DNA from: Lepidodermella squamata
Lineage: Eukaryota > Animalia > Gastrotricha
Reading direction: 5' to 3'
Assembly (NCBI GenBank): GCA_047495785.1
Contig: JBLDXI010000054.1
Location: 682,001-746,000 of the forward strand
Length of the DNA stretch: 64,000 nt
Shown here: positions 1 through 10,699 of the stretch, in pieces
Numbering within the stretch: the stretch's first letter is position 1
How the letters are laid out: each line of letters opens with the position of its first letter
The notes under the pieces: model-generated
What the model saw: the letters and a program-made list of their open reading frames with translations, nothing else
Told to the model about the DNA's origin: nothing
Database searches by the model: none
Made by a program: the position numbers and the translations under genes

Positions 1-67
1 GGAAAATTAACAAGAAATTATCTGACATATTAGGCAAAATGTCTCGCTAACGACGCATAAGACTGCA

Positions 68-461
68 TCAAATACGATTAGCGCAATGCTTGACATATTC
101 TTGATGATATTGACTCAGCTTTCCGTTCAGCAAGTCTGAAATCAAATTCAATGCAATAACATTTCGTCTCACATTGATCATAATTACCAATGAACAAATC
201 GCCAATATCGTGACCCTCGTCTCGTTTTCTAGCAATCCAATGATCGCAGCTCTCCATCTCGGCTTCAAATTCTGAAAACACATCAGTCAAGCCATCGACT
301 AATTTATCGATTTTGTCATGGCTTTCGATATCTGCATCACCTCGAAAAGGACCGGTTAGCGTATCGAGAAATGATTCAAACTCCACGGATCTTCCTACAG
401 CATTAGCTGATACTTGGATAATGAGTAGTAAGCCGATAGTTACGAGGAACAGTGCCTTCAT
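68..461 (-). CDS. Small secreted protein, paralogue A of an unnamed 3-member family (exons 188-461, 68-135)
   Basis: Signal peptide MKALFLVTIGLLLIIQVSANA; motif CDHWIARKRDEGHDI. A phase-1 GT-AG intron (136-187) joins to DLLNGKLSQYHQEYVKHCANRI*, which matches exon 2 of the two neighbours. Confidence 0.8.
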
Positions 462-739
462 TTTTTGCCTCGCTGTGCTCAAAAATGTGACAAATCTATT
501 ATTAGAAAGGCTCACTTCTAGGGCGCATATCAATTACGAAGTGGATAAACTTCTGCAAGTCAAGGGGTGGGATGGAATAACGAGAAAAAACGCGAATTTA
601 TCCAGAGATTTTTCACAGTTTTACTACGCAAAAATACAAGAGTTTAATTTAACAGCTTAGTGGGCTATGAATTGTGGGGACAATTCTAGTTTGAAAAAAT
701 CGAGCCTGATTCATTGACAAAAAAATGTAAAATGTCCAT

Positions 740-1146
740 TCATATTTCGAACTGATCCGCCGTTTGTAGCATGCCTTGGAATTCGGGCATGATGCAATTT
801 TCGATAAATTCCTCCGTTAAACTGTCGTTTTTGTCGGTTATAACGTCTGAAAGAACAAAATTCAATTAAGGCTCATCCAATTTGGTGTTGTAATCAACTT
901 ACTGCCGAGCATTTTGGGCAGAGATACATCAAGGCCCTCCCGTTGCTTCTGCAGCATCCATTTGTCGCAGATGGTGATTACACTCAAGTGTTTATCGATC
1001 TCGCCATCGACAAAATCTGGACTTGATTGCAATTTATTGTGATGAACAGCCTCACGACTGAGAACAATAGGAACTGCGTCGTTTTCAAGATAGAAAAAAT
1101 TCAAAAGAAACGCGCTAAGCGAAATTCCGACTAGAAAAACGCCCAT
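740..1146 (-). CDS. Small secreted protein, paralogue B (exons 903-1146, 740-846)
   Basis: Hydrophobic N-terminus; CDKWMLQKQREGLDV. A phase-1 intron (847-902) gives exon 2 NVITDKNDSLTEEFIENCIMPEFQGMLQTADQFEI*. Confidence 0.8.
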
Positions 1147-2298
1147 GTTTCAAATATATCAGAACTGTTTAATTGCTTGCCTCGCCGAATATGAATGTCT
1201 GTATTTTTCAATCAGGAGCGCTTTTTATGCTCGCCACATCGGATGCGGTTGATAATTGAGCAAATACAACGCGCAGATAGTGAGTTCGTTTCGAACGCCC
1301 ACTCCGGATATCATGAGAACATCTTTTTAATTGGTTTTCCAGACTGGCTATAATTAGGGCATAAATTTGAAAGCGCCTGCTGTGCATTGAGTCAACAATA
1401 GCAGGTTTTCAGGGAAAGTTTTTCACGTCATGCCTATCGATTTTTCATAATTTTACATAATTTTAGTAGAGTTACAGAGTCAAAACGAGGGTTTTGATAG
1501 TTTGAATTGGTTCTTTTTTGAATTGTGTGTCAGATAGAGAAAACATTATCTCAATTCATGCTGTCTGGCAGTTAAACATTACATTAAAGCAAACAAGTAA
1601 AAAATAACTAAATGGAATGTGGAAACTGAGTGTGCGACTTTTTCATCAGACATTTGGCCGATAAAAGAAGACATATGTCTGATGAAATAAGTTTTTCTCG
1701 AACTTGATCGCTCGTGTTTTTTCCGGAGAAATAACTCTATATATATCATTTTACTCATTATCTCAGAAATCAGAACATATTTTATCAGAAATAGTTTGGC
1801 ATGAGTCCATCACTGCGTTCCGCCTGAAGAATAACAGGCAGTGGTGCAAATCCCCACGAGCAATCTTGCTAATTCATAACTAACACCAATGGTTTCGTTT
1901 TCATTGCCTGAAAGGTTGAAATCCATGGATTTCAGCGCAGAATATACGCCTGTAAGCATGCAAGCGAAATTATTCATGTTTCATTTCGTTTCAGTTATCA
2001 GACTCTGTGGCCTAAAACTAAGTTATTTTTCTAGCATGCCAAAGAGGAAAACTATCGAGATGCCCAACGAGAGTCTTGCGGTGGGGGTTTGCGATAAAGG
2101 CTTTCTTGAATATTCCACTGTTCAATAGCAAGAATAGCGTTCTTCTTCAATCTTCAATTGAAATAAAAGGTTATCAAAACATTTTCTCGAACTTTACAGA
2201 AATAAAGACGGCCCTTATAAAAGCTGGTATTTAATTATGGTTCGGACACTAGTAACTAAGTGACAGTTAATGGTTCGAAGTTTGTTGATCAAGGAAGG

Positions 2299-2696
2299 TT
2301 AATCATTCTTCGTTTCATTAAGAAGATTTTCCAAATCAGGAATCATGCAGAAGTCGATGAATTCGCGCAGAAGCTCGCTCGTACTGCCACTCGTGATATC
2401 TATAGTCGAAAAATGGTTCGAAAAGTGAGCCACGCCAATTATAATCACTCACGCTTCACTATCTCTGCCGGGGATACTTCGTGTCCTTCTCTGATTTTTT
2501 GATCAAGCCATTCGTCGCAAGCTGTCGAGTAAGCCGCAGCCTCTTGATCGATATCAGATTGTATTCCCAGATTGCCAAGATCAGCAAACAAGCTAGCCAT
2601 AGGATCTTTCACTGCACCTTCAGTTAGACGATGAATGCTGTTGCTTGATACAGCAATAACCAAGCTTAATAAGATGACTAACCGTAAATTCAACAT
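2299..2696 (-). CDS. Small secreted protein, paralogue C (exons 2453-2696, 2299-2399)
   Basis: Signal peptide MLNLRLVILLSLVIAVSS; CDEWLDQKIREGHEV. A phase-1 intron (2400-2452) gives HITSGSTSELLREFIDFCMIPDLENLLNETKND*. Confidence 0.8.
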
Positions 2697-3055
2697 GCCA
2701 ACAATTTAAAGTGATTGATTTGAATGCAAAATAGGGAACACTGATCGCGCGGGTGCAATGTCTGTCTGAGTGTTACTCTGGTGGCTAAAAATAAAACTCA
2801 TTCACGGCTGAAACCAGCTCAACTTCGAATAATTAGCAAATAATGCTGCGGATAATTACAAAAATCTACAACTAGGTCCGATTTTTTTTTAATCTTATGA
2901 ATCGAAGCCGACGAGAAGAGCAGGATTTCAGTTTTATTTTAGAATCAAGGCATCTGAACGAATGACTCAACAAAACTAGTTCGGTCGGAGGGAAAAAAAA
3001 AGAAGAAGAATCACATGATGTCAGTCAATTGAGCCAAATAATGTCTTATTTCCGA

Positions 3056-5723
3056 TCAATCATCGATTTCAACAGCCAAACGCTTGTCGCCGCAAATCAG
3101 CTTCAAAAACGCAATTTTACGATCAGCCCAATGCTGTGATTTGTTGGCGTTCTTCAAGCCACCCATCTTGCCGTACCAATCCGAAATCAGTTGAGCACAA
3201 CGCGAAGCTTCGTTAATCAAACCAAGTTTCTCGAACCAATTCACAACCTCCTCCATGCAAGCCGTTGCTTTCTGATAGTTCAGCTGCTTTGCGTAAAATT
3301 CAGCGATGGTTCGCTTCAATTTCAGGGCTGTTACATTCAACATTTCATCTCCTCCGTTACGGAGGTCGTGAATGGACTTGAATTCGGAGATTAGCACGTC
3401 CAGGCCATGCTTCAAGGCGTCTTTGAGTGGGCGATCGAATTTGTTGACGATTTTGAGCTGATCGGCAAGGGCAGATTCAGCTTTGTTGAATTTATCGCGG
3501 ATTTCCTCGCTATCTTCACGCTCGAGTGAGCACAAACGGCTTTTGCAGCTGGCATTAAACGCAAAATCGATATCTCGAGGTTTCGACGAGCTGAAATTGA
3601 TGCTTAGCCGATCACCTGCGTTGACTTTACGGATCGTTCGGATTAGCATGAAATCGCCGATGTGGAAACGAGAGCAGTTCGGCTCGATGCAAGTTCTTTC
3701 GAGAAGAAAAGCTTCACCAGACCACAGTCCTTGCCCCTTTCTCGGGGTCGTTTCGATAAGATTGTCCTCAATGAACTGACCAAACTCGTTTACATCGATC
3801 AAAGAGACGTCCTTGCAATTCGAATTCGAAATCAGCTCTTCGACTTGAGATTTGAATTTTCCGGATGAGTCATTCGAAATTCGAGCAAAGACAAGAGATT
3901 TGAGAGTATCGATTCCAGAGGAAGAAAAAGCCAGAGCTCGTTTAGCCATAATCAAAGTGCCAGGCTTGATAAGTTCTTTCGCGTAAATTGCGCCATCTCG
4001 AACTTCGACAATGTCCCTGGCGAGGAATTCAGAATGCCATTGAAGATGAGCGGCCTTCTGCGATTCTTGGCTCAAGGAGTAGACATCGAATTTGCCGGTT
4101 GAGAATTCATCACTTGCGATTTGAGCCACTCGCTTAAGGTTGGTGTAATCCGGATAGGTAGCAGCTGTTGGCTCGATCGGATTCGCGCCGATGAAGGCCA
4201 CGCATTCAGAAAACTAAAATAGAAAAAGAAAAACCAATCAAAAATGTTGCGAAAAACTGTGAAAAAGAGCATACTAACCTGGTTAAGGTGAAAAAGATCC
4301 GAGGCCTTGCGATATCGCAAATCAGGCCAATGGCAATCCGGATCAGCGCTGAGACCCTCATCCGCATCCTGCAAGTTCAGAAGAATTACATAAAAATGGC
4401 GAAATAATTGTTGAAATCTGGATTCCAAACAGTGGATGAAGTAGGATCCTCGAGGTGGGGGTCCCCACTGTACCCCATGTAGCCCCCTCCCTCCCCCTTC
4501 TACGGTACTTCTCGCACTGGTATCAACCTTTTGACCCTTTTGATTGTCGATGAATTCTTGAATATATACAATTCTAGTTCTAGGGCGAACTCATGGCATG
4601 GCATTTTTTTAAATTTATAATCAAACTAAACAAAATAATCACATTAATTTTGAAATTTTTCTGAAATTGTTAAATTAAAATTTTTATTAAATTAAATAAA
4701 ATCTTAAATAGCCTTTCTTTGCAAAATTTGAACTTGAGAAAACGAAACCTGAAAGGTTACACTTACCTTCAATGCTCGGTCATGGTCACCAAGCGCCGAG
4801 TAGACAGCAGATCGTAGTAGGAACGCGCCCCCTAGATCGTCACCTCCCGCCGCAATCCTCTTATCCAACAGGTACAGTGCCATCGTATAATTCCGCTCAG
4901 CGACATACCTCGCCACATTCGCATGCGATTCAACCTCAGACGCCAGCTCGCCACAGAAAAACGTCGAATCCATCAGCTCGTGCTGACGACCGAGAACGGA
5001 AAGATGGCCAGGGTTCTGGACGGTCAGCAGCAATTCATCATCGGCTCGCTGGAGGACAGGATTATGAATCGCTAAGATCGTACCAATCAAAATCGGCGAA
5101 CAGTTGAAGTAAGGGAATCCGGAGCCTGGTAAATTGACGCCAACGTTCAAAAGACGAACCGGGGCCGCCAAACGACCAGCTGGATCGTCGACCAATAGAT
5201 GAAGAGCGCCGTCTCGTTCGAACGGATTCGCAATCGACCGGCAGAGTAGGAACTTGCCGGACATCGCTAAACACGTCGCTTTCTCATCAGCCTGAGATTT
5301 CAAATTCCAGAGATCCGATAGCGAAATCATGTTGCTAGCGATCAGGTCGACTGGCGGGCAGAGGTAGGCGAAGTTCGGTGGTTCGTCGGCGATTTGAAGT
5401 TTCCGATTCGCGTTTCTGGCCATGGCTGATCGGTTCGATGAGTTGTAGCGCATGAAGTGGGTTTCCAGGTCGGAGTGTTGGCGCATCAGGTGGGCCCGTT
5501 CGCCGATGCCGCAGAGTTGAGGCTGTTCGAAGATTGCTGGCGTGATCGGGCGGCGTTGCGACGTTCTCGGCGGAGCACTGTGCGGGCGCCAGTTTTCTTC
5601 GTCTTCCGATGAAGAGATGTCGCTGTCACTGTCGCTGTCGCTGTCAGATTCGAACATTGATGTTGGTAAGCCGGCGAAGATGATCGGCCGACCGCCGGCG
5701 AGAAAGACGAAAATACGAGGCAT
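3056..5723 (-). CDS. TPR + SET-like domain protein, about 734 aa (exons 4767-5723, 4279-4368, 3056-4213); SET domain probably inactive
   Basis: In-frame GT-AG splicing of three ORFs. TPR-like helices (AERNYTMALYLL...FLLRSAVYSALGDHDRAL); SET-like segments IYAKELIKPGTLIM and GLWS...CIEPNCSRFHIGDFMLIRTIRKVNAGDRLSINF; helical C-terminus. Confidence 0.75.
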
Positions 5724-8700
5724 GTCAAGTTCTAGGAAAACGAAAGATTTTTATAATATGATTTATAAAAAGGAAAAATGAGAAGAAATTTCGAATTTTT
5801 CGCCACGTTAATGAAACAATGATAAACGAGAGATTTCCTTATTAGTTATAGTTTCTATTGATTGGTTCGAAGGGATTCTCATTTGTATACTTTATAGCAA
5901 TATTCTCAGAAGTTGAACTCGAAAAAGCACGGTTCCCAGTTCACCTTTGATGATTAATTTTGAATTTCTAGGCGGGTCCAATTCTAGGCAAGGTCTTGAA
6001 AAACTGAGATAAATAAAAGGTGTGCCGAGTGCGCACCCCAAATTTAGGGTTCCAGCACTAAATTTCCCCTGAATATGGTTTTCGAATTTCTAGTCTTCAA
6101 TAGAATCTCAAATTTTTTGTTGCCGATAGATCTTCATATTATGCGTAATTCGCGCTATGAACGGTCAGTTTACGAATTATACTTTATCCTATAGAGCCGA
6201 TATCAATTCCAAGTATGGATTTCCCAAATCAGTGATTTCCCCGATATCAGCCGTCTTGGAACCCAACATCAATAATTTTTCTACGTAGCTTAGGGCACCA
6301 TTCAGCTAAACTAAATAATCCTAGGATCAGGGCGGGCATCATTATCCATCAAAAAACGAAAAATCCAATATCGCAAAGAATCTGAAAAATTTAGTGCTTG
6401 AACCTCATTTTAAGTGGTGGAAATTTTTGGAACCATAAATAAGTGGTAAGATTAAACAAGTTTGAAAATGATTAGATTGAAAATATACCTAATAGGGAAA
6501 TGTAATTAATTTTTGAAATCAGCTGGGATTTTCAAGCAATGGATGAATTCCTCGAGTTGATGGGTACGCTTAGGTATTATCAGCCCCAAATTGATCAAAT
6601 TGACCAAATTCATCTGACTAAATGATAATCAAGAGGATTTATGCGAAATGAAAAGTGAGAAGACATTATCGTGTAACGAAATTTCGAAATTTGGTTCTGA
6701 AATATTTTGCAACATTCGGAACGCGAAATTTCCGAAAATCTGAGCTTCATTTCAGAATTAAAAATCTCAGAAAATTGATAATAATTTTTTAAATACGAAA
6801 ACTTAGAAAACTCAGAAAATATAGAATAAATTCTGAATATCCAGAATAATAAAATTCGATCTCGGAAAAGTTAGAAAAATTGAACGAAATTGGACCATTA
6901 GCAATTCAGCTGCTCATTTGATTCTAAGTAATTATTATTTATTTTTCAGAATTATCTAAGTAATTACTAGTTTTCTCAATTGAAAATAATTTTCAATTTT
7001 TTCTGAGTTTTCAGAGGTCAATAAAACTATAATTCTAATTATTTTCCGAGTTCTGCGATGCTGAAATGACGCATCGAAACTGAATTGTCGCCAAAATAAA
7101 AATTATTCTATAATGTCGCTTACTGGAATGACTCAGATCCGAAATGGGGAAATTTCGAAATTTTGTGTCATCCACAAGGAACAGCCCTAATTGCCTATGA
7201 ACAATAGTTGAACTAAACATTAATTATTTAACTGAGCCCATAAAGATTACGGGTAAGAAATTAGCCACTCGAACCCAAGTTTGTTGAGCCAAAAAGGCTT
7301 TCTAACATTAAGGCTTGATTAGAAGACTGGAAATAAGCAGTAATAAAACTGCTAATACAACTCTTTGCGACCAGGCAAAAAAAACTGACGTGGACGAGTG
7401 GCTGGCACGCGCCGCCTGATTCATCATCACATCACATCATGCAAAAAAATAACTGCCTTCAAAAAAGAATGATTAGCGTTGCAAAAGCTAGAATGCCGAG
7501 AATTTAAAAATCGAGTTAGCGAAGAGAATAATAATAATATTAATAAAATAATCTGATCAGCTAAAAAGCAGCATGGAATTTTTATATAATTTGAATTTAT
7601 TTAATCGAGTTCAATCGAAGAGGAAAAAGGCAACGAAACGCTGCGTTATTAAATAATTGTCGAAAAATGAGAAATTAAGGGTGTTTAAACAGCTGCTTTA
7701 AGAAGGAAACCAACATTTTTGGGTTCAGTACTTCATAACTTGAGGGTCATCACGTGTTCTCTAAATAAATAAAGGCATCGAAATGTCGCAACCGGACGAA
7801 AAGGTCACATCTGTTTAATGGACCGATGTAGCTTCCCTGAATTCACCTGCCTCCTTTTTGAGCAAACTGTACACCAGAATTGCTCAACATGGGGCTGTGA
7901 AATAAACTTGAAAAAGGCCGTGAAAGAAAATAGTTAACAAAAAATGCGTCGGATTTAGGCGAGCTATACTCCGTAATCATCGATGATAATTAATTCGACT
8001 GTATTGCGTCATTAGGTGTCACATTTTTATGTGGCCTGTTCACAAGTCATCACTTCAAAGCGGTTTCAAACTCGATTTTTTTCGACATCAAGTAATCGAA
8101 TTTCATAACTTTTCGATCGCATCGCTGGCAGGCAAGTGATTCACCGGGGATTTTAATAACAATAAGGTTCAACTTTATGAAAAAAAAATCCGAAAATTAA
8201 TTCCGGTGAATTCTTTGCAAATTTTTACACCGTTGGAATTATCTTGTCCTGGGTATAATTTGTGTATTTTTCCCACGGCCTGATTCAGGTGATTTCAACT
8301 TGATCATCTAGCGTCAGTGATTAATCGTGGTCAGCGTGGTGAAAATTTAATTTTTTTTGAATTTTGAATTTTTTTCTTTTATTTTTGAATTTTGAATTTT
8401 GAATTTTTAATGTTTGATTTTGAATTTTTGGAGTTAAAACGCTGCTTTCAAGGTATTACTTTGAAACTTCACAACAAATGAACGAACGGTGCTAGAATTT
8501 GGGAGAAAATTCTAGAATTATCTAAATGAGACAAGCTTCATCGAAGTACCATTTGAAAACCGATTAAAATGTCTTCAAGGTAGTTTTTTGAGTTGCTTCA
8601 CCTCTAAAATCGCTACTTTGCAGGTAATTTGGCTACTGAAACTGGCTTCTTAAAATTTACTGCACTAACTGCAATAATTACCAGCTAAACGCCAGCTTCA

Positions 8701-8757
8701 TTTTAGTATACAAATTCTATCTAAAACCGCGCAGGTGGAGAGAATCAGAGATGTCGT

Positions 8758-10185
8758 TAGCGTCGTTGAATAACTCGGATTTAGGCTTGTTTACATCCAT
8801 TTCAAGGCGACAGGTGTCAAGTAAAAAAGCGGGTTTTCAACGGGAATGGCCGTAGATGTTTCTATCGGAACAATGTCTCTATTACGCGGAACAAAATATC
8901 TTCTACCGTCGGAATCTATCGGAATAATAAAAATATCTCTTTTCATGCGAAATTACTTATTTTCCACTCTCAATATCTTTTTCCTCGAATAATGTCTTTT
9001 CGATGACGGAACAATGAACCACGCCTCTTGCGAACAGGGGCACAGCTTTCACTGCCTAATCTTCAGCTTCGATAACTGGAAACTAAGCTTCGGGTCACAC
9101 GACCGATAGGAACAATAGGACCTCTGCCGCGATTTCGACACCGCCCGCGCTTCGCATGCTTGTATTACTTGTAACCCACAACTGCCTCCTCGAATAGAGC
9201 TGCCTTTTTCGCCGAACTCAGGTTACTCAACAGGTCCAGTTGTCCCTGCCTGTTCGATGTCTCATACTCCAAAGCTCCAGCCAGTCGTCGGCGACATCGT
9301 TCTAACCGCTGGAGTAACAGATTGATGCCGCTGATCGAGCTCGTGGGACAAAGCCAACGCATGGCAACAGGGCTTTTTCTTCGCTCCGTAGGAAAATGTC
9401 TTTATAATGGCGGAATGGGTCACCTCAACCTTCCACGTCGCCAGCTGCACAACCTCAAGCAAAGTCGCGAACCTTCCATCAAAGCTGCTGAAAATGTCTT
9501 TTAAGCGACGGAAAATGACAAAATTGAAACCAAGATCCCACATTCACCCTTACCCCTTATACCCACATTTGACGCGTAAAAGGCGATAAATTAATAAACA
9601 CGAACCATCATCAGATAATTTGATATTTATAAGTGCTCTATCGATGACTAGCAAACAGGTTGACAGCTCAAGAGAATGTTGTCAGAAAACTTGTGAGCAC
9701 ATGAATATTTAAAGCTCGGGTCGTAAGCGACTAATCAGCCATGTGGTATCCAAAATAAGGGCGATCTTAATATCAAAAGGTTCCCCGTGTTTTAATATAA
9801 TAGGTAGTTCCCCAAGTTTCATCAAATTAAATTAAATTGAATACTGTGGAATTTCAAAAATCTGAAAATTTGGTTACTACGGCTAAATTAGACAGGCTTG
9901 ACTAGGCTGGCTGTAGCTATTGCTGTAGCGTGACCGCCATATTTTTATTGCTTCATTGTTCCGACGGAAAAAAGATACTTTCCGATAAATTCGACAATTT
10001 TCCGCATTAAAATGTCTTTCGGATAATTGTAGATATTTTGTTCCGTGAAAGAGAGACATTATTCCGATAGAAAGATATTACCTCACGGGAATTAGGATGC
10101 AAAAGTGAAAAATACTTTTTACTTGTCACCTCTCACTTTCAAACGGATGTAAACAAGCCTAAATCCGAGTTATTCAACGACGCTA
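8758..10185. mobile_element. Non-autonomous DNA transposon / foldback element with long imperfect terminal inverted repeats
   Basis: TAGCGTCGTTGAATAACTCGGATTTAGGCTTGTTTACATCC at 8758 is the exact reverse complement of the sequence ending at 10185. Inverted similarity continues inward (about 8860-8901 vs 10031-10073). No clear TSD. Confidence 0.75.
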
Positions 10186-10699
10186 CCGATGTGATCTTAG
10201 GGTTTTCGATGGTTCGATTCGATGGTTCTGAAAAATCAGTAGCCAATAATTAAATCGAATTTGGTGGGGAAAAATCGACACCATTATTCTACACGAGCCA
10301 ATGGATTTTTTAGATATTTTAGCAGAATTTTAGGATGTCAACCGCAGGTAGGCCATAAAAAATTAAAAATTCTGACAAAACGTGTCAAATTTTTTTTTGA
10401 ATTTGTCCATTTTCTTATTTTTTTTTCCACAAATTTTCGCCAGGAAAATTAGTTAAAATTCAAATAATTGGATAATTCGAGTAATCTTAAAAACACTGCA
10501 CAGAAAATGGTACAGCCAAGAAATTTATTATTTTATTTTTTTAAATTGTGCATGACAGGTTGTCCCAATTAAGTCAGGAAAACATAAATTTCTAAATTCT
10601 GCATCGACGAATCTTGTCGAAATTGCCATGTAATAATTGGTTACAAGGAAAAAATTGTGTAACAAAAATTTTGGTGCCAAGTTCTCAAATTAGGGCATT

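Noticed and set aside
78-533. 151-aa unspliced ORF ending in a Cys-rich tail (QCETKCYC)
   Set aside because: The tail is read-through of intron 136-187; the spliced form matches the two paralogues.
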